A DNA stretch of 64,000 nucleotides from Vicinamibacteria bacterium (GTDB lineage Bacteria; Acidobacteriota; Vicinamibacteria; Marinacidobacterales; Marinacidobacteraceae), in the NCBI GenBank assembly GCA_965199715.1, contig OZ241322.1, forward strand, positions 1,472,001 through 1,536,000, given 5' to 3'. Of the stretch, positions 26,543-36,327 are shown piece by piece. The notes beneath the pieces were generated by a model, which saw only the letters and a list, made by a program, of their open reading frames with translations, did no database searches and had not been told where the DNA came from. Position 1 is the stretch's first letter. Every line of letters starts with the position of its first letter. The translations under genes were made by a program, and so were the position numbers.

Positions 26543-27452
26543 CCACGACCGATTTCATCAGGCCGGGGGGACGGTTCACGTCCACCCCGCGCGCCTTGCC
26601 CTCGAATGCCGCGAGCAGTTGGATCGGCGGCGCCAGCCGGAACGCCGCGAGCGGGCCGGTCGCCGGAAGCGGCAGGACCGGCGCGCCGGCGGCTCGCGCG
26701 GCCTCGTCCGAACGCTCGGGACTCGGGCCGAGCGCGACGACCGGAGTCGCGGGGGACAGCAGCGCGGCCGGGCCGTGGGCGAGCTCGCCCGCCGGCAGCG
26801 CGAACGCCGGGAGCTGCGCGGTCTCCATCATCTTGAGCGCCGCTTCCCGGGCGAGCGGCAGCAGCGGCGCGCCGGCGAGGAAGAACCACGCGGTCCGGTC
26901 CGGCCGCTGCGCGAGGAACGCGCGCAGCCGATCCTCCTCGTCGAGACCGGCTTCGACGAGCGGCGGCGCGTCGTCGGGATCCGCCGGCGCCGCGCCCAGG
27001 TCGCGGGCCAGCACCAGGAGCGTCCCGAGCGCGGTCGTAAAGCTCTTGCTCGCCGGGACCGCCTCCTCGCGTCCGGCCCGGGTCACGAGCGCTGCGTCGG
27101 CGAGGCGCGCCGCCGGGCTGTCCGCCTCGTTGGTCACGACGACCCGGTGGACCGCTCGGGCGGTCTCGAGCGCCCGGAGGATGCTCCCGGTCGTTCCCGA
27201 CTGGCTGATCCCGACGAACGTGCGGACCCCGGCCAGGTCGAGCGGCTCGGTCGCGGGTCCGGCCCGCGCCTTGATTCCGCCCGCCCGGAGCCACAGCGCC
27301 CCGAGCTCGGCCGCGTGCCGGCTGGTGCCTGACCCGGCGAGCAGAACCGGTCCGCGGCGGGCGACCGGAGGACGGCCGGCGAGCGCCCGGAGCGTGCGGC
27401 GGAGCGCGTCCGGCGACTCGCGGATCTCCCGGAGCAGCGCCGGCTCAGACGT
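26535..27452 (-). CDS. SIS-domain protein, GlmS isomerase-like without a glutaminase domain
   Basis: Frame extends upstream of the tracked GTG 27137: [55 protein letters not shown]; the plausible start is ACG at 27452. Confidence 0.8.
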   Translation of the reverse strand, partial: TSEPALLREIRESPDALRRTLRALAGRPPVARRGPVLLAGSGTSRHAAELGALWLRAGGIKARAGPATEPLDLAGVRTFVGISQSGTTGSILRALETARAVHRVVVTNEADSPAARLADAALVTRAGREEAVPASKSFTTALGTLLVLARDLGAAPADPDDAPPLVEAGLDEEDRLRAFLAQRPDRTAWFFLAGAPLLPLAREAALKMMETAQLPAFALPAGELAHGPAALLSPATPVVALGPSPERSDEAARAAGAPVLPLPATGPLAAFRLAPPIQLLAAFEGKARGVDVNRPPGLMKSVVDD

Positions 27453-28461
27453 CGTCCGCGCCCTCGAAGCGGTCGCCCGCCCGGTCCGCCTTGTTCACCT
27501 GACGGCCCCGCGCGATCGCCATCGCGCCGTCCGGAACGTCCCCGACCACGACCGAGCCGGCGGCGACGAACGCCCGCCGCCCGATGGAGACCGGCGCGAC
27601 GAGGATGGCGTTGCTGCCGACGAACGCGCCCGGTCCGATCGTGGTCCGGTGCTTGGCGCGCCCGTCGTAGTTGCAAGTGATCGTGCCGGCCCCGAGGTTC
27701 GCCCGGACCCCCACGTCGGCGTCTCCCACGTAGGAGAGGTGGGGCACGGCGGCGTTGCGCCGGATGCGGGCGTTCTTGGTTTCCACGAAGCCGCCGACGT
27801 ACGCCCCCTGGTCCAGCACCGTCCCCGGCCGGATCCGCGCGAAGGGACCGACCTTGGCGCCCGGCCCCACGTCCGCCTCGAGGAGCACCGAGTGAGTCTC
27901 GATCCGGGCGCCCGCGGCCACCACCGTGTCGTGGAGGCGGGTGAACTCGCCGATCTCGGCGCCGGCTCCGATCCGCGTCGCGCCGGTCAGCCGAACCGAC
28001 GGAGCGATCCGCGCCCCGGCCTCCGCCGCAACGCCGGGGTCGGCCCACAGTGTGGCCGGATCCTCGACGAGGACGTCGGCCTCCTGGAAGCGGCGGGCGG
28101 TGCGGGCGCGCGCCTCGCCGACGGCGCGGGTCCAGGTGACGGCGCCCGTGACCCGGGTCCAGCCGGCGAGCGGCTCGCCTTCGGAAGTCGCGGCTCCGGC
28201 GAACGCGAGCGCCTGGCCGAACTCGTTCACGACGCGGCCGCTCCCCCGCTCGGCGAGCCGGCGCACCGCGTCAACCGGGATTTCCGCGAGTCCGCCGTAG
28301 AGGGAAACGCCCTTCCCGCCCGCCGGAGCCTTGTCCGGAGTCAGGATCCGGCCTGCGCCGAGCGCCTCCACGGCGCGCCGGTTGGCCTCCGCCACGGTCC
28401 CCCCGAACCACGGCAATTGGCCGGCCCAGTCCGCTTCCGGGATCACGACGACGAAGTCCAT
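27445..28461 (-). CDS. glmU: GlmU-like protein with intact acetyltransferase domain and eroded uridylyltransferase domain
   Basis: [41 protein letters not shown]; only 338 aa and no LAAGxGTRM motif. Confidence 0.8.
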   Translation of the reverse strand: MDFVVVIPEADWAGQLPWFGGTVAEANRRAVEALGAGRILTPDKAPAGGKGVSLYGGLAEIPVDAVRRLAERGSGRVVNEFGQALAFAGAATSEGEPLAGWTRVTGAVTWTRAVGEARARTARRFQEADVLVEDPATLWADPGVAAEAGARIAPSVRLTGATRIGAGAEIGEFTRLHDTVVAAGARIETHSVLLEADVGPGAKVGPFARIRPGTVLDQGAYVGGFVETKNARIRRNAAVPHLSYVGDADVGVRANLGAGTITCNYDGRAKHRTTIGPGAFVGSNAILVAPVSIGRRAFVAAGSVVVGDVPDGAMAIARGRQVNKADRAGDRFEGADDV

Positions 28462-28474
28462 GGGGGCCCGAATT

Positions 28475-29164
28475 CTACCGGGGCGCCGGTCCCACGACGA
28501 GGGTCAGCTCGCCCTTGAGCGACCGCGTTTCCACCCGTTCGGCGAGCTCGGCGAGCGTTCCGGACCAGTGCTCCTCGTGGAGCTTGGTCATCTCGCGCGA
28601 GAGCGAAGCCGGGCGGGGTCCGAGCCGCTCGGCGAGGTCGGCGAGCAGGCGGGCGATGCGGACGGCGGACTCGAAGAGAATCACCGAGCCGGGAGCGTTC
28701 GCCGCCCGGTCGAGGAACCGCCGGCGGTCGGCGCCGCGCCGCGGGGGCGGGAACCCGAGGAACGTGAACGCCTGCGCCGGAAGCCCGGAAACGGTCAGCG
28801 CGGCGAGCGCCGCCGAGGGACCCGGCACGACGCGCACCGGAACGCCGGCCTCGCGGGCGGCGCGCACCAGCAGGTAGCCCGGGTCCGAGACCACCGGCGA
28901 GCCGGCGTCGCTCACGAGCGCGACCGTCTCACCGGCGCGAAGCCGGTCCAGCAGCGCCGGAGTCCGCCGCCGCTCGTTGTGGTCGTGGTTCGAGACCGTC
29001 GGCGTCTCGATCCCGAACCGCTGGCGCAGCTTCCCGGTCACCCGGGTGTCCTCGCAGGCGATCACCGAAGCGGTCCGCAGCGCCTCGACCGCCCGGGGCG
29101 AGAGATCGTCCAGGTTCCCGATCGGCGTCGCGACCACGAACAGCGTCCCCGGGGCGGTTTCCAT
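28475..29164 (-). CDS. rsmI: 16S rRNA C1402 2'-O-methyltransferase
   Basis: [45 protein letters not shown]. Confidence 0.95.
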   Translation of the reverse strand: METAPGTLFVVATPIGNLDDLSPRAVEALRTASVIACEDTRVTGKLRQRFGIETPTVSNHDHNERRRTPALLDRLRAGETVALVSDAGSPVVSDPGYLLVRAAREAGVPVRVVPGPSAALAALTVSGLPAQAFTFLGFPPPRRGADRRRFLDRAANAPGSVILFESAVRIARLLADLAERLGPRPASLSREMTKLHEEHWSGTLAELAERVETRSLKGELTLVVGPAPR

Positions 29165-29199
29165 GGCGGCAAGGTAGCCGACGCCGCCAGAATTGCGGC

Positions 29200-30081
29200 G
29201 TGCGCTCCTGGTCCGGCCTTCCCGTCGCGGTCACCGGCGCCGCGGGTTTCCTTGGGAGCCATCTCGTGCGGCGGCTCCGGGAACTCGGGGCGGACGTCCG
29301 GGGTCTCGACCCGGCCGCGACCGACCCCGCGATCCGCCGGGCGACGATCGCCGAAGCGGCGGACGAAGTCGTCGCCGGCGCGCGCGTCGTCTTCCACCTC
29401 GCCGCCCGGAACGGACACCGGGCGAGCATGGAGGACACGCTGGCGGACTATGAGCACGGCGCCGAGGCGTCGGTGCGGCTGCTCGGTCCCGCGCGGATCG
29501 TGTTCACGAGCACGCGCCAGCTCTACGGAACCCCGCGGCGGCTCCCGGTCCGGGAGACCGATCCGCTCGACCCGCCGGACGCGCACTGCGTCCACAAGGA
29601 GATGGTCGAACACGTCGTCCGGCGCAACCCCGGCGGGCACGCGATCCTGCGGCTCACGAACTGCTACGGCCCGGGCATGGCGCTGGACGGGCCGAGCGCG
29701 GGCTTCGCCGGCCACGCCGTCGGCCGGGCGCTGCGGGGCGATGCGACTCGGATCCTCGGCGACGGAAAGCTGCTGCGCGACTTCAACTACGTGGACGACG
29801 TGGTGGAGGCGCTGGTGCGGACCGGGCATCCCGAGGCCAAGTCCGGGACGTGGAACCTCGGCGCGGAGCCAGTGACGCTTCTGGTTTTCGCCTACGAAGT
29901 CTGGAACGCGCTCGGCAGGCTTCCCCAGATCGAGTTTGCGGCGCTCCCGCCCGAGCTACGGGAGATCGCGGTCGGGAGCGTCCATTCGGACTGGTCCCGG
30001 ATCGAAGCGGACTTCGGCTGGCGCCCCCGGGTGGGTCTGCGGGAGGGCCTTGAGCGGACGGTGCGTTACGTCCGACTCTGA
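29200..30081 (+). CDS. NAD-dependent epimerase/dehydratase (extended SDR)
   Basis: VTGAAGFLGSHL, FHLAA, STRQLYG, LRLTNCYGP, RDFNYVDD. Confidence 0.88.
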   Translation: MRSWSGLPVAVTGAAGFLGSHLVRRLRELGADVRGLDPAATDPAIRRATIAEAADEVVAGARVVFHLAARNGHRASMEDTLADYEHGAEASVRLLGPARIVFTSTRQLYGTPRRLPVRETDPLDPPDAHCVHKEMVEHVVRRNPGGHAILRLTNCYGPGMALDGPSAGFAGHAVGRALRGDATRILGDGKLLRDFNYVDDVVEALVRTGHPEAKSGTWNLGAEPVTLLVFAYEVWNALGRLPQIEFAALPPELREIAVGSVHSDWSRIEADFGWRPRVGLREGLERTVRYVRL

Positions 30082-31356
30082 TTGAGTTTCAGGAGCTCGC
30101 TCAGGGCCTCGTCGTCGGAGATGTTCGCCGGCCAGCCGTAGGCGTCCGCGACTGCCGCGTCGAGCGCGTCGTGGCAGTCCCGGAGCCACTGCGGGCGCTT
30201 GTTGTAGAGGTTCGTCAGCGTGCGCTTCTGGACCAGCTTCGCCGCCTTGTCGTCCACCGGAACCGGGCGTTTTGGATAGCCCGGAACCGGCTCGGAGACC
30301 CACCGGATCCACTCCTCCGGTTGGAGCCAACGGTCCCGCTTCTGGACGAGGTCGCGGGCGGCGTCCGCGATGGCGATGGCGTGGGGGTCCCCGGTGCAGT
30401 TGGCGGCGGGGATGTCGGGGGTCAGGCCCTCGGGGAAGGGGAAGGTCTGTGCGCCCCGAGTTGGGCGCGCTTGTCCGGGTCCAGACCCCGCTCGAACAGC
30501 GTCCCCAGGATCGACGGGTCAATTTCGGACCAGTCGAGCCGCGCCGCCCGCAGCACGGTCTCGATTTCGGACTTCCTGAGCGGGAGCGCCGAGGCGTCGT
30601 CGAACAGGCCGCCGTTGAACCACTCCACCGTTTCGAAGCCGACGAAGCCCCCGGACTCCATGGCGGAGAAGAGCTGGCCGGCGAGCGCCTCGAACTGCGC
30701 GGGTTTCGCCTTCGCCGCCTCCAGCAGCCTCGTGAACAGGTCGTCGGGAAGGAGTCCCACGTCCTCGGCGAACATGCAGAAGACCATCCGGTTGACGAAG
30801 TGCGCCACGGCCATGGGGTCGTGGCCCCTGGCGCGCAGCGCCTCGGCGAGGCCCGCGAACGACTGGGCGGCGCGCTCGGTGAGCGCCTGCCGGCTGACTC
30901 CGGGACGAAGTCGCTCTGGATTCGAGAACGCCCACTTGAGCTGCTGTCGCTTCTTGGCGTCGAGGAGGTCGTCGAGCCCGAACTCATGCTCCTCGCTGAC
31001 CGTGTCGTTCCACGCGGTGCGGACCCGAATCCGCTCCATGTCGGAGACGATCAGCAGCGGCGGGTTCTCGAGCGACAGCGCGTACCGGCGAAGCTGGTCG
31101 TGGGCCGCGTCGAGATCCTTGTGCTTCCCCTTGTACTCCCACGCCAAGCGGTGGCGCTTCCAGACGTCGGCCCAGCCGTCGCCGCCCCGTCCTTCGCGGC
31201 GCCGCGCTCGAAGCAGTAGGACGCGCCCGTCGGGTCAGCCTCGGCCGGGGTCTTCTCGCCGAGGAGCCGACAGAGGTCGATGAAGTGTTCCTGCGAGCCG
31301 GACCGCTCCTTCAGCGTCGAGGCGCGCCACTTCTCGACGAATTCCAGCGGCTCCAC
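30066..31356 (-). pseudogene. MmeI/YeeA-like Type IIL restriction-modification enzyme, frameshifted and internally deleted
   Basis: N-terminus ERSGSQEHFIDLC..FERG; frameshift near 31188; WADVWK..WEYKG..NPPLLIVSD..IDPSILGTLFE..QLGAH joined directly to C-terminal TFPFP..RTLTNLYN..HDALDAAVADAYGW. Confidence 0.85.
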
Positions 31357-31401
31357 GGCGAATCGAATGCTACCGCCCGGGAGTGGCACACTCCGTCCAC
31401 G

Positions 31402-32487
31402 GTGAGGATTCCGTTCGGGCGGCTAAGAGTCGAGGGAGCCGCCCGAGAGGCGATCCAGCGCGTTCTCGACTCCGGCCGGTTCGTGCTCGGCCCCCGGGTC
31501 GAGGCCTTCGAGCGGGCGTTCGCGGCGTCGATCGGCCGTCGCTACGGAGTCGGCGTCGCTTCCGGCACCGACGCGATCACGCTCGCGCTGCGGGCGCTCG
31601 GCGTGGAGCCGGGCGACCGGGTGCTCACCAGCGCGTTCTCGGCCGGGTTCACTGCCGTCGGCATCCAGCGGGCGGGGGCGATCCCGGTGTTCGCCGACGT
31701 GGATCCGGACACGCTGTGCGTCCGCGCCGACGCCGTCCGGGCCGCTCACGACATCAGGGCGTTCGTCCCGGTGCACCTCTTCGGCCACGCCGGCGACGAC
31801 TGGCCGGAAGTCCTCGACGCAGCCCAGGGCGTCCCCGTGGTCGAGGACGCGGCCCAGGCGCACGGCGCGTCCTTCCAGGGCCGGGCGCTCGGCTCCTTCG
31901 GCGCAGCCGCCGCGTTCAGCTTCTATCCCACCAAGAACCTCGGCGGCCTCGGCGACGGCGGCCTCGTCGCCACCGACGATCCCGAAACCGCCGCCCGGCT
32001 GCGGCGACTCCGGGACGGGAGCCAGCGCGCCCGTCACGACCACGCCGGCCCCGGCTGGAACAGCCGCCTCGACGAACTTCAGGCCGCCGTCCTCGAAGCG
32101 CGGCTGCCGGGACTCGAACGAGCGAACGCGCGGCGCCGGGAGCTCCTCGAGCGCTACCGGGAGGGACTCGCCGGCCTTCCGGTTCGTGTCGTCAGGGCCG
32201 GAACGCACGCGCGAAGCGCCGCGCACCTCGCCGTGCTCCGGGCGCGCCGGCGCGACGAGCTGCGGGCGTTCCTCGCCGAGGGCGGCGTGGAGACGCTCGT
32301 CCACTACCCGATCCCGCTGGACCGCCAGGCCGCCTTCGCCGGGGACTCGCCGCCGTGTCTCGAGGCGGCGCGGGCGGCTCGCGAAGCGCTCAGCCTGCCG
32401 CTGCGGCCCGACCTCGAGGATCGGGAGGCGGACGCGGTGGTTCGGCTGGTCCGGCGCTTCTTCGACCGCGCGGCGGCGCCAGAATAG
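31402..32487 (+). CDS. DegT/DnrJ/EryC1/StrS sugar aminotransferase
   Basis: SGTDA, VHLFG, EDAAQAHG, FSFYPTKNLG, NSRLDELQAA, HYP. Confidence 0.93.
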   Translation: MRIPFGRLRVEGAAREAIQRVLDSGRFVLGPRVEAFERAFAASIGRRYGVGVASGTDAITLALRALGVEPGDRVLTSAFSAGFTAVGIQRAGAIPVFADVDPDTLCVRADAVRAAHDIRAFVPVHLFGHAGDDWPEVLDAAQGVPVVEDAAQAHGASFQGRALGSFGAAAAFSFYPTKNLGGLGDGGLVATDDPETAARLRRLRDGSQRARHDHAGPGWNSRLDELQAAVLEARLPGLERANARRRELLERYREGLAGLPVRVVRAGTHARSAAHLAVLRARRRDELRAFLAEGGVETLVHYPIPLDRQAAFAGDSPPCLEAARAAREALSLPLRPDLEDREADAVVRLVRRFFDRAAAPE

Positions 32488-32493
32488 GCCGCC

Positions 32494-33333
32494 ATGAGCT
32501 CCGTTCGCCGCCGCACCGGCTCGGTGCTCTGCCCCGGCTGTGGCCAGTTGGTGGGCGTGCGGGACGCCGAGTGCCTCAACTGTGGGCGCCGCAATCCCGG
32601 CATGTTCGGCTTCGCCGGGGCGTTGCGCTTCGAGGCTGCGGCCCTCGCCAACGTCATCCTCGGGGCCAACATCGGGCTGTTCCTGGTCTCGCTGCTGCTG
32701 AGCGTGGGCCAGATCGGCATGTCCGGGTTCTTTCGGATGCTGAGCCCTTCGGGTGACGTCCTGTTCAACCTCGGCGCCGCGGGGGCGCTCCCGGTATTCG
32801 CGCTCGGCAAGCTGTGGACGGTGATGAGCGCCGGCTGGCTCCACGGCGGGCTCCTCCACATCCTGTTCAACATGTACTGGGTGCGGAACCTGATCCCGCC
32901 GGTGAGCGACGCCTTCGGCGCGGCGCGGACGCTCGTGATTCACCAGGTCTCAGCCGCGACCGGATTCCTGCTCTCGTCGTTCATGGGGGTGGCCGCTCCA
33001 GGGCTTCCCATCCTCGGCGGCGCGCCGAGCATCACCGTGGGCGCCTCGGCCTCGCTGTGCGGCCTGCTCGGGGCGCTTCTCTACTACGGGCGCCGCACCA
33101 GTTCGGAGATGGCGCGGTCGGTCTGGCGGGTCGTGCTCTTCCTCGGCGTCTTCGGCGCGCTGATGCCCGGAATCGACAACGCCGCGCACCTCGGCGGTTT
33201 CCTCGGCGGTTATCTGGTAGCTTCCCGGTTTGGCGCGTTTTCTCCGGAACGGGGAAAGCACGCCGTCCAGGGAGCGGCGCTGCTCGCACTGAGCGCCGTT
33301 GCGATCCTCTTGTCTCTGGCTACATCGCGCTGA
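32494..33333 (+). CDS. rhomboid intramembrane serine protease with N-terminal zinc ribbon
   Basis: CPGC..CLNC; WLHGGLLHILFNM, GASAS, AHLGG. Confidence 0.9.
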   Translation: MSSVRRRTGSVLCPGCGQLVGVRDAECLNCGRRNPGMFGFAGALRFEAAALANVILGANIGLFLVSLLLSVGQIGMSGFFRMLSPSGDVLFNLGAAGALPVFALGKLWTVMSAGWLHGGLLHILFNMYWVRNLIPPVSDAFGAARTLVIHQVSAATGFLLSSFMGVAAPGLPILGGAPSITVGASASLCGLLGALLYYGRRTSSEMARSVWRVVLFLGVFGALMPGIDNAAHLGGFLGGYLVASRFGAFSPERGKHAVQGAALLALSAVAILLSLATSR

Positions 33334-33344
33334 GGAGGGAGATC

Positions 33345-33533
33345 ATGCCGAAGTTCGTGAGATCGAAGAAGAATCGATGGCTGCTCGGCGTGTGCGCGGG
33401 ACTCGCCTCCTGGTGGCAGGTGGACCGAAGGCTGGTCCGGCTGCTGTTCGTGCTGGTCAGCGTCTGCTCCGCGGCGTTCCCCGGAGTCCTCGTGTACCTG
33501 ATCCTCGCCACCGTCATGCCTCCCGGGGAGTGA
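33345..33533 (+). CDS. PspC domain protein
   Basis: RSKKNRWLLGVCAGLA..VRLLFV..YLILATVMP; GAGGAGG Shine-Dalgarno. Confidence 0.88.
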   Translation: MPKFVRSKKNRWLLGVCAGLASWWQVDRRLVRLLFVLVSVCSAAFPGVLVYLILATVMPPGE

Positions 33534-34234
33534 ACCCGCTGGAGGATCGCCTCCTCCACCCCGACGGGCGGCTCCTCGTCCGGCTCGAGCGCTCGGCGGG
33601 CCGCCGCGAGGAGCTCAAGGCGCTCGCTCGATGGTCCCGCGGAACCAATCGCGCCGTCGTCGCGCTTCCCGCCGAGGAACCGCTCTACGCCGATTTCCGG
33701 GCGCTCGGCTTCGAGGACGCCGGGCCGCTCGCCCGATTCGAGGCTCCGACCGCGCCGGGCCGGCTTCGCCGCGCGGCCCTCAAGCTGTTCAAGCCGTCGC
33801 TGCGGCCGCCGTCCGGCGCCGCAGTCTCGACCGAGCCGCTGGGTTCCCGAGAAGAATCTGCGCTGCGGGAGCGGCTCCGGCCCGGCTTCGGGGCGCTTCC
33901 GGCGCCCGGTCCGACGGATCCTGCGGGGGTGACGATTTCCATCGGCGGCGAGCCGGTCGCGTTCGCGCGCTTCGCGCCGGGGGAGGAAATCGTCCGCGAA
34001 TGGCTCGCGCCGGCCGACGCGCCGGACCTCGCGGGGCTTCTCGCGCTCGAGACGGCCCGCCGCGCGGGAGGGCGCCGGGTCGCGTTCGAGACCTCGCACG
34101 TCCGGCTCGGCCACGGGCTGGTCCTCGGCGGGTTCCTGCCGGCGCGGGCGCGGGCGCGCGTCCTCGTGCGGGGCGGCGAGCAGGCGGACGCGGCGACGTT
34201 TGGGCTGACGCGTCCCCTGGATGTGATGTGTTAA
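33530..34234 (+). CDS. hypothetical protein, possibly a degenerate GNAT-like fold
   Basis: GTG overlaps the pspC stop; FRALGF and LGGF segments; no clear catalytic motif. Confidence 0.5.
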   Translation: MNPLEDRLLHPDGRLLVRLERSAGRREELKALARWSRGTNRAVVALPAEEPLYADFRALGFEDAGPLARFEAPTAPGRLRRAALKLFKPSLRPPSGAAVSTEPLGSREESALRERLRPGFGALPAPGPTDPAGVTISIGGEPVAFARFAPGEEIVREWLAPADAPDLAGLLALETARRAGGRRVAFETSHVRLGHGLVLGGFLPARARARVLVRGGEQADAATFGLTRPLDVMC

Positions 34235-34260
34235 ACTCCCGCGTTGCGACTTCGGTCGGG

Positions 34261-34335
34261 GCCGCTATCGTCTAGGGGTTAGGACGGGTGGTTCTCAGCC
34301 ATCAAACCGGGGTTCGAATCCCCGTAGCGGTACCA
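34261..34335 (+). tRNA. tRNA-Glu(CTC)
   Basis: GCCGCTA/TAGCGGT acceptor stem, anticodon loop TT-CTC-AG, GGTTCGAATCC, encoded CCA. Confidence 0.95.
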
Positions 34336-34355
34336 CCGACCCCGGGCTTCGCGTC

Positions 34356-34431
34356 GCGCCCTTAGCTCAGCGGATAGAGCAACAGGCTACGAACCTGTAG
34401 GTCGGGTGTTCGAATCGCCCAGGGCGCGCCA
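34356..34431 (+). tRNA. tRNA-Arg(ACG)
   Basis: GCGCCCT/AGGGCGC acceptor stem, ACAGG-CT-ACG-AA-CCTGT, TTCGAAT, CCA. Confidence 0.96.
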
Positions 34432-34455
34432 TCCGCTGGCTATCATCGGTGCGCC

Positions 34456-36327
34456 ATGAGTCACCCAATTCCGCGCATCGCGCTCGCCGTCCTGCTGTTC
34501 GCCGCGGCTTCCGAAGCGCGAGGCCAGGACGAGACCCAGCCGCCCTCCCACCAGGAACGCGTCGTCGTGACGGCGGAGCGCGGCGAGGAGCCGATCGTGG
34601 ACTCGGTCGCGCTCGTGACCTCGCTCGATTCCGAGGACATCGCCGAATCGCCCGGCCTGCTGCTGGACGAGGCGCTCGGGCGCGTGCCCGGATTCGGCCT
34701 CTTCCGCCGCAACACCAGCCTGATCTCGCACCCGACGACCACCGGGGTCTCGCTGCGGGGGATCGGTCCGAGCGGCGCCAGCCGCACCCTCGTCCTTCGC
34801 GACGGAATTCCGGTGAACGACCCCTTCGGCAACTGGGTGTACTGGAACCGGCTGCCGACGCTGCTGCTGGACCGGGTCGAGGTCGCGCGCGGCGCGGCGA
34901 GTCCGCTGTACGGGAGCTCAGCGCTCGGCGGCGCGATCCAGTTGCTGACCCGCGACGCCGAGGCCTCGACGCTGCGGGGCCGGGCCGCGCTCGGCGGTCT
35001 CGGGGTCCGCGACGGCGAGGTTCTCGCTTCGCACCGGGTCGGCGACGTCGGGTTCATCGGCGCCACCCGGCTCTTCAACGGCGAGGGATACCACCGGATC
35101 CGCGAGGCCGAGCGCGGCGCGGTGGACCAGCCCGCCGGCGTGGACTTCCGTTCCGCCTACGGGCGCGTCGACGCCGGGGACGCGCACGTCGGCGTGAATT
35201 ACTACGCCGAGGACCGCCGCAACGGCACCCCGGTTCAGGTGAACGACTCGGGCATGCTCGCCTTCGACGCCGGCGTGCGGCGCGACGACTGGGAGCTGCT
35301 CGCGTTCACCCACTCCGCCCACCTGAACAGCGACTTCTCCCGCCTGCTCCCCGGCCGCGACGTCGAGATCCTCACCTCCCAGCAGTCCTACGAGTACGGC
35401 GGCCAGGGGGCGGTCTTCTCGGCGCGGATCGGGGAGGGCCGGCAGGTCGGAGCGGACTGGACCCGGTCGAGTTGGGACGACCACGCCCAGAACCGCGCCG
35501 GCCTCTTCGTCCAGCAACGCGCGGAACTGAACAGCCGCATCGAGCTGCTGGCCGACGGGCGGGTGGATCTGTGGCAGAACGCCGGCACCAGGGCGACCCT
35601 GAACCCGCGTCTCGCGATGGTCGCGCAGCCTACCGAGACCGCCTCGATCCGGGCGTCCGCCTATCGCGGCTTCCGGGCGCCGTCGCTGAACGAGCTGTAC
35701 CGGCCCTTCCGGGTGGGCAACGTGCGGGTCGCCGCCAACGACGAGCTCGGCGAGGAGACCCTCTACGGGGCCGAGGGCGGGTTCGACTTCTACCCGGCTC
35801 GTTCGCTCCTGATCCGCGGAAACGTCTTCTGGAACACGATGCGCGACGTCGTCGGGAACGTCACGCTCGAGGTGAACGACCAGGGCGTGTTCCGCCAGCG
35901 TCAGAACATCGGCGAGGCCGATGTCCGGGGCGCCGAAGCGGAGATATGGGTCCAGATCGACGACCGCACCGAGCTGTTCGGCTCGTGGCTCGTGTCCAGC
36001 AGTACGGTCGCCGAGACCGGCCTCCGGCTGCCGCAGGTTCCGCTGCACCAGGGGGTCGTGGGGATCCGCTGGGACGGCCCGGTGTTCGTCCGCGCCGATG
36101 TCCGCTTCATGGGCGAACAGTTCGAGGATGACCGCAACGAGCTTCCGATGGACGGGTTCGCCTCGGTCGGGGTGCGGGCGTCGGTTCCGTTCGGCGACGT
36201 GGTGAGCCTCTACGTGGCCGGCGAGAACCTGCTCGACGCCGAGATCGTCACCGCCCGCACGCCGATCGAGACGCTGGGCACGCCCCGGGCGGTGCACGTG
36301 GGCCTCGACTTCCGGCTGGATCCATGA
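34456..36327 (+). CDS. TonB-dependent receptor
   Basis: Signal peptide; ERVVVTA TonB box; SLRGIG..RTLVLRDG; RVEVARG..LYGSSALGG; FRAPSLNELY; ENLLD. Confidence 0.93.
   Translation: MSHPIPRIALAVLLFAAASEARGQDETQPPSHQERVVVTAERGEEPIVDSVALVTSLDSEDIAESPGLLLDEALGRVPGFGLFRRNTSLISHPTTTGVSLRGIGPSGASRTLVLRDGIPVNDPFGNWVYWNRLPTLLLDRVEVARGAASPLYGSSALGGAIQLLTRDAEASTLRGRAALGGLGVRDGEVLASHRVGDVGFIGATRLFNGEGYHRIREAERGAVDQPAGVDFRSAYGRVDAGDAHVGVNYYAEDRRNGTPVQVNDSGMLAFDAGVRRDDWELLAFTHSAHLNSDFSRLLPGRDVEILTSQQSYEYGGQGAVFSARIGEGRQVGADWTRSSWDDHAQNRAGLFVQQRAELNSRIELLADGRVDLWQNAGTRATLNPRLAMVAQPTETASIRASAYRGFRAPSLNELYRPFRVGNVRVAANDELGEETLYGAEGGFDFYPARSLLIRGNVFWNTMRDVVGNVTLEVNDQGVFRQRQNIGEADVRGAEAEIWVQIDDRTELFGSWLVSSSTVAETGLRLPQVPLHQGVVGIRWDGPVFVRADVRFMGEQFEDDRNELPMDGFASVGVRASVPFGDVVSLYVAGENLLDAEIVTARTPIETLGTPRAVHVGLDFRLDP

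Noticed and set aside
31349-31358. 10-bp match (CCGTGGAGCC, minus strand) to the tRNA-Asn 3' end as a possible att site
   Set aside because: Short, GC-rich and inverted, with no integrase; readily explained by chance
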